Part shown: positions 1 to 8,672 of the stretch, piece by piece
How the letters are laid out: the number at the start of each line of letters is the position of its first letter
Numbering within the stretch: position 1 is the first letter of the stretch
Source: Dehalococcoidia bacterium
Lineage (GTDB): Bacteria > Chloroflexota > Dehalococcoidia > Lucifugimonadales > GCA-2712585
Length of the DNA stretch: 64,000 nucleotides
Assembly: GCA_963665075.1 (NCBI GenBank)
Contig: OY762063.1
Span: forward strand, 2,422,844 to 2,486,843
Reading direction: 5' to 3'
Translations under genes and position numbers: made by a program
The notes under the pieces: generated by a model
The model's database searches: none
What the model saw: the letters and a program-made list of their open reading frames with translations, nothing else
Told to the model about the DNA's origin: nothing

Positions 1-448
1 GTTCGAAGAGGGAGCTAAGGACGTCGGCTAGGAGGAGGACGATGACGCCGAGGATGACTACGGCGGTGGCGTTGGAGACGTAGGGGATCCATCGGCGGGT
101 CGGCGAATCGTTGTCTTTGGAGCGGCGGTTGGGTAGGAATCTGACTAGTCCGAACATGCAGAAGGCGAGGAAGATTTTGACGGCCAGGACGGCGACGTAG
201 GGGACGCCGATGAAGCCGGAGGTGACGCGGTGGAAGGTGAGGACGGCGCCGGTGACGAGGAGGACGCCGAAGGCGGTGTTGACGAGGGAGAGGTAGTCGC
301 GTCCGGGGTTGAGGTTGTCGTCGGTCGGGGAGCGTCGGAGGCGGGGACGGAGGATGAGGAGGTAGTAGATGCCGCCGCCGACCCAGGCTACGGCGGCGAG
401 GTTGTGGATCCAGCGCATGGCGAGGAAGAGGATTTCGTTAAGGCTCAT
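1..448 (-). CDS. Partial multi-pass membrane protein (5' part of gene; continues past window start)
   Basis: Reverse-strand ATG at 446-448 (MSLNEILFLAMRWIHNLAAVAWVGGGIYYLL...) stays open to position 1. Several hydrophobic helices and G/C-rich third codon positions. Absent from the ORF track because it has no stop in the window. Confidence 0.45.
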   Translation of the reverse strand, partial: MSLNEILFLAMRWIHNLAAVAWVGGGIYYLLILRPRLRRSPTDDNLNPGRDYLSLVNTAFGVLLVTGAVLTFHRVTSGFIGVPYVAVLAVKIFLAFCMFGLVRFLPNRRSKDNDSPTRRWIPYVSNATAVVILGVIVLLLADVLSSLFE

Positions 449-458
449 GGAGGTTTAA

Positions 459-1814
459 TTATGGGCTATTTGCGTTGATTTGGGGGGGTGTGGATTCCCG
501 CCTTCGCGGGAATGACGGGAGGGGACCGCTCGACCCTTCCACAGGCTCAGGGTGAGCGGTTGGGGAGTAGTCAGGTTGAGCGGTAGGATTGTCTTCGTCG
601 ATGAGGGTTTTGGCGTAGGTGATGAGCTTCTCTCGGCGGGGGGCATCGGTGTTGCGGGTTTCGAGGTAGCGGGAGAGGGCGGTGATGGTGTCGAGATTGC
701 GGGCGGCGTCGGCGGGGAGGCGGGCGCGTCGTTCGTCGGAGACGTTGGTCTGGATGGAGGCGACGTGGTGGGCGGGTTGGAGAGCGTCTCGGATTTCGCC
801 CATTCTTAGTTGGACGGACTGGTCGGCGGTGAGGGAGATTCGGAGGCGGACGATGGCGTCGGCAATGGAGGTTCGTTGGACGGCGCGGAGGACGTCTCCG
901 GTGGGGTCGGGGGTGTTTGGGGGAAGTTCGACGTCGATGGTGGTGAAGGCGCGGGCGGCTACTTCTTCGAAGTGGAAGCCGGTCAGGCGGCGGCTTTGGG
1001 GTCGCTGGGCATCGAGGTCGATGACGCAGAAGCCTTTGGGGTCGTTTTCTTCGCCGAAGTCGACGCGCTGGAGGCTTCCGGCGTAGACCATGAGGGGGTT
1101 GTCTCGCACCACCTGATGCTTGTGGATGTGGCCGAGGGCTATGTATTCATAGGCGGGGAGGTGGAGGTCGCTGGGGCGGAGGGCGTGGTCCTGACCTAGC
1201 ATCATGGCGCGTTCGGAGCCGAGCTTTGCGCCGTTGACGGTGACGTGTCCGGCGAGGATGGCGGGGACGTTGGGATCTAGGTTCTCGGAGAGGGTGCGGA
1301 TGTCATGGGAGAGGATGCTTTGGAGTCGTTGGTTGACCTTTTCGATGGAGAGGCCGCGGGTGTCCTCGCTGGTGAGGAGGGCGCTGCGCTTGGGCCAGGG
1401 GAGGGCGGTAATCTGGAGGGGGCCGCTTGGGGTTTCGATGAGATAGTTGGTGATTTCGTCGCCGACGTGGAGGCGGGGAACGTCCAGGGTGTTGAAGATT
1501 TCGATGGCGGTGGCGCGGCCCAGGGCGTTGGGGAGGTCGTGGTTGCCGACGAGGAGGAAGACGGGGATGCCGGCGTTTGCGAGGGTAGCGAGGCGGCGGG
1601 CGAATTCGCGCTGCTGGGTCTGGTTGGGGTCGCGGGATTTGTAGGCGTCGCCGGCGAGGAGGACGAGGTCGGCGTTGTTGGCGAGGGCGTATTCGACGAG
1701 TTGGTCGAGGGCGTTAAGGAAGTCTAGGAGGCGGGTGGAGAGGCCGGTTTCGGGGTCGGTGCGGCTGTAGTTTTCGACGCCGACGTGGAGGTCGGCAAAG
1801 TGGATTATTCGCAT
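459..1814 (-). CDS. sbcD: SbcD/Mre11-family DNA repair exonuclease (metallophosphoesterase)
   Basis: MRIIHFADLHVG, GDAYKS, LLVGNHD and GHIH metallophosphoesterase motifs in canonical order. The last ~30 codons are translated repeat modules (AHPEPVEGS..SFPRRRES). No sbcC partner follows. Confidence 0.8.
   Translation of the reverse strand: MRIIHFADLHVGVENYSRTDPETGLSTRLLDFLNALDQLVEYALANNADLVLLAGDAYKSRDPNQTQQREFARRLATLANAGIPVFLLVGNHDLPNALGRATAIEIFNTLDVPRLHVGDEITNYLIETPSGPLQITALPWPKRSALLTSEDTRGLSIEKVNQRLQSILSHDIRTLSENLDPNVPAILAGHVTVNGAKLGSERAMMLGQDHALRPSDLHLPAYEYIALGHIHKHQVVRDNPLMVYAGSLQRVDFGEENDPKGFCVIDLDAQRPQSRRLTGFHFEEVAARAFTTIDVELPPNTPDPTGDVLRAVQRTSIADAIVRLRISLTADQSVQLRMGEIRDALQPAHHVASIQTNVSDERRARLPADAARNLDTITALSRYLETRNTDAPRREKLITYAKTLIDEDNPTAQPDYSPTAHPEPVEGSSGPLPSFPRRRESTPPQINANSP
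492..559 (+). repeat. Hairpin modules A (492-517) and B (527-559) inside the 3' end of the sbcD-like ORF
   Basis: GGATTCCCGCCTTCGCGGGAATGACG followed by CGCTCGACCCTTCCACAGGCTCAGGGTGAGCGG. The same modules appear in most intergenic gaps. Confidence 0.8.
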
Positions 1815-1842
1815 GGGCTAATGGAGTTGCTGAGAATGGGGT

Positions 1843-2105
1843 TTGGGGGAGAAGATGGATTCCCGCCTACGCGGGAATGACGGATGGGAATTAGTGGGCA
1901 GGGAGAAGATGGATTCCCGCCTACGCGGGAATGACGGATGGGAATTAGTGGGCAGGGAGAAGATGGGTTCCCGCCTACGCGGGAATGACGGATGGGAATT
2001 AGTGGGCAGGGAGAAGATGGATTCCCGCCTGCGCGGGAATGACGGATGGGAATTAGTGGGCAGGGAGAAGATGGGTTCCCGCATTCGCGGGAATGACGAA
2101 AGGGG
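1843..2105 (+). repeat. Tandem array, 54-bp unit x5 (module A hairpin plus GATGGGAATTAGTGGGCAGGGAGAAGATG)
   Basis: Hairpin starts at 1857, 1911, 1965, 2019 and 2073, exactly 54 bp apart. Units are near-identical (GGATTC/GGGTTC variants). Confidence 0.95.
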
Positions 2106-2143
2106 GTTGGGAATGAAGGGTGGGGGTGGATGACGCGCATGGG

Positions 2144-3484
2144 CTACCAGCCGTGGCGGAGCTTGTCTTCGATGGCGGGGACGATGCGGTTGATGGGGAT
2201 GCGAAGCTGGGCCATCGTGTCGCGGTCACGGAGGGTGACCTGTTCGTCGTCGATGGTGTCGAAGTCGACGGTGACGCAGAAGGGGGTGCCGATTTCGTCC
2301 TGCCGACGGTAGCGGCGTCCGATGCTCTGGGCGTCGTCGAATTGAGCGTTGAAGCGTTGGCGAAGGAGTTCGTGGACGCGCCGGGCGGTGGGGACGAGTC
2401 GTTCGTTCCGACTGAGGGGAAGGACGGCGACGGTTATGGGGGCGAGGGAGCGGTGGAGCTTGAGGAGGTTGCGGGTTTCGGTCTTGCCGCCGGGCTTCCT
2501 GGGGGGAATTTCTTCTTCCTTGTAGGCGTCGAGGAAGAAGACGAGGGCGGCGCGGTCGGCGCCGCAGGAGGGTTCGATGACGTAGGGGTAGTAGCGCTCC
2601 TTGTCCTGGTCGTCGAAGTATGTGAGGTCCTGGCCGCTGTGGTCGGCGTGCTGCTTGAGGTCGTAGTCGGTGCGGTTGGCGATGCCTTCCAGTTCGGCCC
2701 AACCCCAGGGGAAGCGGTATTCGATGTCGTAGACTTCCTTGGCGTAGTGGGCGAGTTCGTCGGATTCGTGCTTGCGGAGGCGCAGGTTGTCGGGGTTGAC
2801 GCCGAGGGAGACGAACCAGTCCATGCGCTGCTCGGTCCAGTAGTGGAGCCAATCGTCGTCGGAGCCGGGCTTGACGAAGAATTCGAGTTCCATGATTTCG
2901 AATTCGCGGGTGCGGAAGGTGGAGTTGCCGGGGGTGATTTCGTTGCGGAAGGCTTTTCCAATCTGGGCGATGCCGAAGGGGAGCTTGCGGCGGGCGGTGT
3001 CGAGGACGTTTTTGAAGTTGACGTAGATGCCCTGGGCGGTTTCGGGGCGGAGGTAGATTTCGGAGGCGGTGTCTTCGACGGCGCCCATGAAGGTCTTGAA
3101 CATGAGGTTGAACTGGCGGGGGTCGGTGAGTTCGCCCTGGCAGTTGGGGCAGTTGTCGGAGTCGAGGTGGTCGGCGCGGAATCGCTGGTGGCAGGAGCGG
3201 CATTCTACGAGGGGGTCGGTGAAGCTGCCGAGGTGTCCGCTGGCCTGCCAGGTGGCGGGGTGCATGAGGATGGCGGAGTCGAATGCGACGACGTCGTCGC
3301 GGTGTTGGAGGATGGAGCGCCACCAGGCGTCTTTGACGTTGCGCTTGAGCTGGGCGCCGAGGGGGCCGTAGTCCCAGGTGGCGTTGAGGCCGCCGTAGAT
3401 TTCGCTGCTCTGGAAGAGGAAGCCGCGGCGCTTGGCGAGGGAGAGGAGTTTTTCCATTGTGACGGGTTGGGCGGTTGCAGGCAA
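2144..3484 (-). CDS. glyQS: Glycine--tRNA ligase (single-chain GlyQS type)
   Basis: 446 aa. N-terminus ...LAKRRGFLFQSSEIYGGLNATWDYGPLGAQLKRNVKDAWW is typical of class II GlyRS; a C-terminal anticodon-binding region is present. Confidence 0.95.
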   Translation of the reverse strand: MPATAQPVTMEKLLSLAKRRGFLFQSSEIYGGLNATWDYGPLGAQLKRNVKDAWWRSILQHRDDVVAFDSAILMHPATWQASGHLGSFTDPLVECRSCHQRFRADHLDSDNCPNCQGELTDPRQFNLMFKTFMGAVEDTASEIYLRPETAQGIYVNFKNVLDTARRKLPFGIAQIGKAFRNEITPGNSTFRTREFEIMELEFFVKPGSDDDWLHYWTEQRMDWFVSLGVNPDNLRLRKHESDELAHYAKEVYDIEYRFPWGWAELEGIANRTDYDLKQHADHSGQDLTYFDDQDKERYYPYVIEPSCGADRAALVFFLDAYKEEEIPPRKPGGKTETRNLLKLHRSLAPITVAVLPLSRNERLVPTARRVHELLRQRFNAQFDDAQSIGRRYRRQDEIGTPFCVTVDFDTIDDEQVTLRDRDTMAQLRIPINRIVPAIEDKLRHGW

Positions 3485-3572
3485 GGCGACTCCTGGGGGA
3501 GAGGGTTGAATTAGGGTAGCAAGGGGGTTGTTGGGTGTAAAGGGGAGGGGAGTGTGGAGGCGGGCGGATTTG

Positions 3573-3601
3573 TTGACAGTGGGGATGGGGTTGCTTAGGC
3601 T
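3573..3601 (+). promoter_or_regulatory. Candidate sigma70-type promoter for tRNA-Met
   Basis: TTGACA (3573-3578), a 17-nt spacer, then TAGGCT (3596-3601), 11 nt before the tRNA 5' end. The -10 element is weak. Confidence 0.3.
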
Positions 3602-3612
3602 TATTGGAGAGA

Positions 3613-3687
3613 GGGCCCGTAGCTCAGCGGTAGAGCGGCCGGCTCATAACCGGTTGGTCGTAGGTTCGATCCCTGCCGGGCCCACCA
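3613..3687 (+). tRNA. tRNA with CAU anticodon (elongator Met type; lysidine-modified Ile2 not excluded), CCA encoded
   Basis: Hand-folded cloverleaf: acceptor GGGCCCG/CGGGCCC, D arm GCTC-AGCGGTA-GAGC, anticodon arm GCCGG-CTCATAA-CCGGT, T arm GTAGG-TTCGATC-CCTGC, then ACCA. G1-C72 pairs, so it is not an initiator tRNA. Confidence 0.85.
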
Positions 3688-3861
3688 TTCTTGATACCAA
3701 GCTCTATCGCATATATCTTCAGGCTAGTCCTTTGATGCGAGGCTCAGATTGACCTTTGACGACCTCGACACTAGAATTGGCAATGTGTTCGCTTGCTACA
3801 GATATTGAACGTGCAGCGGGAGCACTGATGTGTTGAGGGATGTTTTGGCCCGGAGATTAGC

Positions 3862-5235
3862 TTGAGTACTTTGAATCTCAGCCCTGCCTACGAACTCCAG
3901 GTTAACGATGGCGGCAACCGCCTTGAGGCGACACGTGCGGCCTTGGGCGCTAACCTGAATTTTCACGGTACGGACGGGAGCTATGGCTCCCACGCCTGGC
4001 ACCCGTTCCCAGCCAAGTTTCCTCCACAATTGCCGGAGTACATAATACTCCAACTGACAGATCCTGGCGATCTTGTTCTCGACCCAATGGTTGGCTCCGG
4101 GACCACGATGGTGGAGGCAGTACGGCTTGGCCGCCGGGCCGTAGGATGCGATATCGACCCGCTAGCACGAATGATTACGGCGGCCAAGTTGAATCCCATC
4201 GACCCGTTTGTCGCGCTCTCGGAAGGGAAAAGAATTATAGCTGACGCCAGTGACGACTACTATGAAGCTCGCTCCAGGTTGCAAAGGGACTTGGAGCTTA
4301 GGTTCGACGCGAAGACAGAGGATTTTATTCACTACTGGTTCCGGCCGCAGCAACAGCTTGAACTGCTGGCTCTGGTGCAGCGCATTGAAGCGTTGCCCGA
4401 AGGGGAAACACGAGATTTCCTCAAGGTTGTATTCTCATCCATCATCATCGCCAAGTCCGGGGGAGTGTCTTTAGCGCGAGATCTGGCACATACCCGTCCT
4501 CATAGAGACATGAACAAGAGACCAAATTCGGCCTTTGTTGAGTTTGGCAAGCGGCTAGAGCGCAATGTTGGGGCATTGGAAAAGAGCAAATTAACCGACA
4601 GGGTGGCATCCTACCATCCCAACGGAAGCAGTTCAGCGCTTGTATCTGTTCCATTTACTTCCATCCACGCCGCAAGCGCCGCTGATACCAGTCTTCCATC
4701 AGACAGTGTGGATCTGATAGTAACCTCGCCGCCCTATGCCAACAACGCTATCGACTATATGCGAGCGCACAAGTTTGCCCTGGTGTGGTTTAACTGGACA
4801 ATATCCGACCTAGCCCGCATTCGCGCTCAGTATTTGGGGCACGACGCGATTTCCGGTTTGCGGTGCGAACGGGTGCCCAGTCAATGTGAAGGGACTTTGG
4901 CAAAACTGGCGGAGCGTGACGAACGGAAAGCGTTGGTGCTGCGTCGGTACTTTCAGGAGATGAAGGCTGTCATCGAGGAAATGATGCGAGTCCTTCGTAG
5001 GGGTAGGCCGGCTGTGATAGTCGTAGGCTCCTCAAATTTAAGGGGAATAGACGTAGAGACACACAAAGGACTAGCTGCAATTGGCGAAAGCGTTGGTTTC
5101 GTCCTGGCCGGAATTGGCGCCCGCCTACTTGACCGAGACAAGCGGATGATGCCAGCGCGATGGGGCGGACAACAACGTTCGCAGATTGAAGAGCGTATGT
5201 ATAAAGAGTACGTGCTTGGATTGATAAAGCCGTAA
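3862..5235 (+). CDS. Type II DNA amino-methyltransferase (N6-adenine or N4-cytosine)
   Basis: AdoMet motif I DPMVGSGTT (aa 74-82) and catalytic motif IV TSPPYA (aa 288-293) lie about 210 residues apart, with motif I first. TTG start follows GGAG. Lower G+C than neighbouring genes. Confidence 0.8.
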   Translation: MSTLNLSPAYELQVNDGGNRLEATRAALGANLNFHGTDGSYGSHAWHPFPAKFPPQLPEYIILQLTDPGDLVLDPMVGSGTTMVEAVRLGRRAVGCDIDPLARMITAAKLNPIDPFVALSEGKRIIADASDDYYEARSRLQRDLELRFDAKTEDFIHYWFRPQQQLELLALVQRIEALPEGETRDFLKVVFSSIIIAKSGGVSLARDLAHTRPHRDMNKRPNSAFVEFGKRLERNVGALEKSKLTDRVASYHPNGSSSALVSVPFTSIHAASAADTSLPSDSVDLIVTSPPYANNAIDYMRAHKFALVWFNWTISDLARIRAQYLGHDAISGLRCERVPSQCEGTLAKLAERDERKALVLRRYFQEMKAVIEEMMRVLRRGRPAVIVVGSSNLRGIDVETHKGLAAIGESVGFVLAGIGARLLDRDKRMMPARWGGQQRSQIEERMYKEYVLGLIKP

Positions 5236-6071
5236 TGCCCGGCAGAATCGAAGCCCTTAGACGCAACTACCATCGCCGGATTGCTCGCGAAGTGTTGAGA
5301 ATGCCCGCGTCGGGAATTCCAAGCAACGCCGACAAGGGAAGCGCTTCGAGTGTGCGGATTGCCAAGGGCATCGTTGAGAGAATTGGGCTTCCGCTAAGAT
5401 CCGAAAGATTGGCAGGACAAACAGCCGGGCGTCGATTTGAGGAGGCTACAAGACGCTTCCTGCGAGATGCGTTTGGATTGCTTTCTCATCTGCGCCCGGG
5501 AAAATGGGAATTCGGGATTGGCGGAGACATTCGCGACTACGAGCAATACTTGCACCTATCCGATATTCGACGGGTAGTCGAACAGCATGAGGAGTTACGC
5601 ATCATCTTTGGAGACTATATTGTCACGCCTGACATTGTTGTCTGCCGAAAACCGGTTTCAGATTCAGAGATCAACAAGAACGAAGCCTTACTGGAGGACG
5701 ACGCAGTGGCTAAATATACGCCTCTGCGTCGCGCAAATTCGCGTGCGAGCATCCTGCACGCGAGTGTGTCTTGCAAATGGACGATTCGCAGCGATCGTTC
5801 TCAAAACGCACGTACAGAGGCTTTGAATCTTGTTCGCAACCGGAAAGGCAAGACACCTCACATAGTCGTCGTCGTTGGGGAGCCTCTACCTGGCCGGATT
5901 GCCTCGCTCGCGTATGGTACGGGTGATATTGACTGCGTCTATCATTTCGCCTTGAGAGAACTGAGGGCCGCAGCCAGGGATAATGATTCGGACGCGGATT
6001 TGTTGGATGCACTGGTGAATGGGAGGAGGTTGCGGGACATCAGCGACTTGCCGTTTGACTTGGCAGTTTGA
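5235..6071 (+). CDS. NgoMIV/Cfr10I-family (CCGG-core) type II restriction endonuclease
   Basis: Has a PD motif (IVTPDIVV), then HASVSCKWTIRSDRSQNARTE. This is S-x-K, R-x-D-R four residues later and Glu seven residues after that, the arrangement I recall for NgoMIV/Cfr10I-type enzymes that read a central CCGG. The start overlaps the methyltransferase stop (TAATG). Confidence 0.65.
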   Translation: MPGRIEALRRNYHRRIAREVLRMPASGIPSNADKGSASSVRIAKGIVERIGLPLRSERLAGQTAGRRFEEATRRFLRDAFGLLSHLRPGKWEFGIGGDIRDYEQYLHLSDIRRVVEQHEELRIIFGDYIVTPDIVVCRKPVSDSEINKNEALLEDDAVAKYTPLRRANSRASILHASVSCKWTIRSDRSQNARTEALNLVRNRKGKTPHIVVVVGEPLPGRIASLAYGTGDIDCVYHFALRELRAAARDNDSDADLLDALVNGRRLRDISDLPFDLAV

Positions 6072-6128
6072 TTCCGCAAGGTCTTTGGGTCGCCGTAACT
6101 GTTAATCTTCGATGGTCAGCCGGCATTC

Positions 6129-6551
6129 CTATATCGTTTTCCCGGTGGTCATGGGATTGAGAAGACCTTCGGCAGAGGCTGCGCGGTTCAGTGCTTGGTC
6201 CAGTATTGCGAGTTCTGCACCCTCCCTTTTTGCCAGTTCCAGATATAGGACGTCGTAGAAGGAAAGTTTATGGATTTTGGCTAATTCGAAGGCGGACTGA
6301 AAGTTGGGGCTGTCATCGGTTTGGATGGGCAGGCCCATCAGAGCATCCAGTCTCTCCTTGACCCCTTCGGCGGAGAGACGTCCGCTTCGCTCCGCGGCGA
6401 GGAGGGTGTTGCGGGTTTCCAGATGCCACAGGTGCGGGACAATCGCCCCATCTTCTACGAGAAGTTCCAGCGCCTCGTCTGCGCGTGGCTCCTCCTCATC
6501 GTCGAAGAGCCATGCTATTACTACTGATGCATCGACAACCAGTCCGCTCAT
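6129..6551 (-). CDS. vapC: PIN-domain toxin (VapC family)
   Basis: MSGLVVDASVVIAWLFDDEE... shows a PIN acidic signature. I chose the internal ATG at 6551 because it gives a 4-bp ATGA overlap with the upstream antitoxin stop. Confidence 0.8.
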   Translation of the reverse strand: MSGLVVDASVVIAWLFDDEEEPRADEALELLVEDGAIVPHLWHLETRNTLLAAERSGRLSAEGVKERLDALMGLPIQTDDSPNFQSAFELAKIHKLSFYDVLYLELAKREGAELAILDQALNRAASAEGLLNPMTTGKTI

Positions 6552-6799
6552 AACCTGTGGCCCTGGTGGCGCGCTGCGAGTATCTCGTCCGTGGAGAAAG
6601 CTACGCGCTCCCATCCGGCACGGCGGCGGCGGAATCGGTCCACCGCGCTTTCGCGGTTGGCGCGGTCCTGGGCCGGGGCGGGAACCAGGTGGGCGACGGG
6701 CTTGCCGTGCCGGGTGATGGCGATGGTCTCGCCGCTCTCGACTACGCGGAGCAGTTCGGCCAGGCGCGACTTGGCTTGGGTGGCTTGAACTTCACGCAT
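6548..6799 (-). CDS. Phd/YefM-type antitoxin
   Basis: MREVQATQAKSRLAELLRVVESGETIAITRHGKPVAHLVP is the classic Phd/YefM N-terminus. Translationally coupled to the PIN gene. Confidence 0.8.
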   Translation of the reverse strand: MREVQATQAKSRLAELLRVVESGETIAITRHGKPVAHLVPAPAQDRANRESAVDRFRRRRAGWERVAFSTDEILAARHQGHRL

Positions 6800-6919
6800 T
6801 GCAACTCCAACCGGTTGTTTTGACCATATTATACTACCAAATGCCTGTCACATGGATCAGCGGGCATGGCGTGGGGAGTGTTGCGGTTTTGGTGGGGTTG
6901 GTGGGATAATGGTTGGGTT

Positions 6920-7153
6920 ATGGCACAGATAACGATAAGGAATGTTCCTGAGGCGGTTCGGGACGAGCTTAAGGCGCGGGCGGCGCGCAAGCGTCAGTCG
7001 ATGCAGGCGTTTCTGCTGGGTGAATTGGAGCGGATCGTGTCCAAGCCGTCCATCGAAGAGTTGATGGAAGGGGTCCGGAAGCGGCTGGCTAAGTCCAACA
7101 CACATGTGACGGCGGAGGAGATACTGCGGGCACGCGACGAAGGGCGTAGGTGA
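6920..7153 (+). CDS. vapB: Ribbon-helix-helix (FitA/Arc-like) VapB antitoxin
   Basis: MAQITIRNVPEAVRDELKARAARKRQSMQAFLLGELERIV. Start moved to the ATG at 6920. 4-bp overlap with the downstream PIN gene. Confidence 0.7.
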   Translation: MAQITIRNVPEAVRDELKARAARKRQSMQAFLLGELERIVSKPSIEELMEGVRKRLAKSNTHVTAEEILRARDEGRR

Positions 7154-7560
7154 CCATCGTTGTCGACGCGTCCGTTTTCGTAGCGGCGCTTGTGGATAAG
7201 GGGAGCGATGGGCGGTGGGCACGATCGCTGCTCGACGAGAGCGACTTGGCCGCTCCGGAGTTGGCTCTTGTAGAAACCATCGACGTATTGCGTCGGATGG
7301 AGTTGAGGCGGCAGATTTCGCGAGTTGAGGCTGACTTCGCCCACGCGGAACTGCTTCGGCTGGATGTGGAGACGTTTCCGTTTGCGCCTTTCGCCGGGCG
7401 GGTTTGGGAGTTGCGGGGCAGCCTGAGGAGCTATGATGCGTGGTACGTCGCGCTGGCGGAGACGCTTAATTGTCCGTTGGCGACGCTGGACCTGAAGCTC
7501 AGTCGCGCTCATGGACCGGAGTGTCAAATGGTTGTGCCGCCGCGTTTCCAAGAGGCATAA
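7150..7560 (+). CDS. vapC: PIN-domain toxin (VapC family)
   Basis: MTIVVDASVFVAALVDKGSDG... and ...YDAWYVALAE. GTG start overlaps the vapB stop. Confidence 0.8.
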   Translation: MTIVVDASVFVAALVDKGSDGRWARSLLDESDLAAPELALVETIDVLRRMELRRQISRVEADFAHAELLRLDVETFPFAPFAGRVWELRGSLRSYDAWYVALAETLNCPLATLDLKLSRAHGPECQMVVPPRFQEA

Positions 7561-7599
7561 TCAAGGGGCAGAGTGAAGGGATATGTCCGGAGGTCAGTT

Positions 7600-8514
7600 A
7601 TGAAGAGCAGCGCGGCGACGGTTGAGGAGTATATTTCGGGGTTGAGCGAGGAGCGGCGGGAGTGGGTTTCGACGGTGCGGGAGGTGGTGTTGTCGAATCT
7701 GCCCGAGGGGTACGAGGAGGTGATGGACTTCGGGATGATCGCTTACGTGGTGCCGCTTTCCGTCGTCTCGAAGACGTACAACGGGCATCCGCTGATGTAC
7801 GCGGCGATAGCGTCGGAGAAGAACTACGTGTCGGTGCATCTGATGAACATCTACGCCAGCCAGGAGACGCAGCGGTGGTTCGTGGAGAGCTACAAGGCGA
7901 CGGGGAAGCGGATGAACATGGGGAAGTCCTGCGTGCGGTTTCGGAAGCTGGAGGACCTGCCGTTGGAGTTGATTGGGGAGGCGGTGGGGAAGACGCCGAT
8001 GAAGGACTGGATTGCGGTCTATGAGGCGTCGAGGCGGCCGCGGAAGCGGCGGGCCGGGAGCAGGCGGCGGAAGAGGGCTACGCCGGAGGAGTTGTTGGAG
8101 AAGGCGGTGGAGAAGGCGGTGTTGCTTTCAGGGGGGAATCCGCAGATACCGAAGGGGGACGGGGACGCTTTCGTGCAGGCGTACATCGGGCTGATGCCGG
8201 AGTGGAAGAGGGAGCTGGGGCGGCGTTTGGATGAGTTAATCGTTCGTACGGTTCCGAAGGTGCGGAAGGCGGTGAGGTGGAATTCGCCGTGGTATGGGAT
8301 TGAAGGGATGGGGTGGTTCGTGAGCTATCACGTGTTCGCGCGGTACGTGAAGGTGACGTTCCTGAATGGGGCGTCGTTGAGTCCTGAGCCGCCGGGGTCG
8401 GGGAAGGACCCGGATTCGCGGTGGGTGGAGGTGTATGAGGGGGAGTTTGACGAGGGGCAGATGTCGGAGTGGGTGCGGCAGGCGGCGGGGGTGCCGGGGT
8501 GGGAGGGGTTTTAG
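7600..8514 (+). CDS. Protein with two tandem DUF1801 (YdhG-like) domains
   Basis: Two halves each resemble DUF1801 (AATVEEYISGL...VREVV...YVSVHL and ...VRKAVRWNSPWYG...YVKVTFLNG). ATG at 7600 is preceded by GGAGG. Confidence 0.6.
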   Translation: MKSSAATVEEYISGLSEERREWVSTVREVVLSNLPEGYEEVMDFGMIAYVVPLSVVSKTYNGHPLMYAAIASEKNYVSVHLMNIYASQETQRWFVESYKATGKRMNMGKSCVRFRKLEDLPLELIGEAVGKTPMKDWIAVYEASRRPRKRRAGSRRRKRATPEELLEKAVEKAVLLSGGNPQIPKGDGDAFVQAYIGLMPEWKRELGRRLDELIVRTVPKVRKAVRWNSPWYGIEGMGWFVSYHVFARYVKVTFLNGASLSPEPPGSGKDPDSRWVEVYEGEFDEGQMSEWVRQAAGVPGWEGF

Positions 8515-8612
8515 GGGGGGCGTCCCCATTCCTTCGGCAGGCCCTTCGACAAGCTCAGGACAGGCTCAGGAGAGGCCCAACCTTCTCCCGTTGGAGGGGG
8601 GGCGCTGAGTAT
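8515..8612 (+). repeat. Intergenic repeat cluster (module B variant plus short hairpin)
   Basis: CCCTTCGACAAGCTCAGGACAGGCTCAGG..., followed by CCTTCTCCCGTTGGAGGGGGG. Confidence 0.6.
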
Positions 8613-8672
8613 GGATGCAACTGCTAAGGATAGTGTAAGCTTCAAATCTGCATTCCCCTTGGAGGTAGTCTT

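Noticed and set aside
1-458. sbcC partner downstream of the sbcD-like gene
   Set aside because: The downstream reading frame encodes a hydrophobic membrane protein, not an SMC-like ATPase.
1805-2140. ORFs of 88-111 aa across the 54-bp tandem array, and similar ORFs in every repeat cluster (e.g. 9786..10211, 12438..12908, 15009..15743, 23281..23685, 29020..29361, 42914..43348, 62045..62869)
   Set aside because: Their sequences are just translated repeat modules (DSRLRGNDG, SFPRRRES, HPEPVEGS and similar). They are open in several frames and on both strands, and lack start/RBS context.
2120-3514. Long antisense or off-frame ORFs overlapping real genes (2120..3514 and 2226..3323 over glyQS; 17861..18646; 22296..23198; 29175..30287; 31737..32576; 32774..33667; 33432..34856; 50397..51257; 55112..56332; 56492..57412; others)
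   Set aside because: These are typical high-G+C shadow ORFs. Their composition is Arg/Pro/Gly/Ala-rich and low-complexity, and each overlaps a gene with strong family signatures on the other strand or frame.
3485-3612. T-box leader upstream of glyQS
   Set aside because: Only about 128 nt separate glyQS from the divergent tRNA gene, too short for a T-box. I saw no specifier or T-box consensus sequence.
3688-3861. Integrase-mediated island with att site at the tRNA-Met 3' end
   Set aside because: No integrase or recombinase ORF lies in the segment, and I could not find a second copy of the tRNA 3' end (GGTTCGATCCCTGCCGGGCCCACCA) downstream by eye. A computational search could still reveal a short att remnant.
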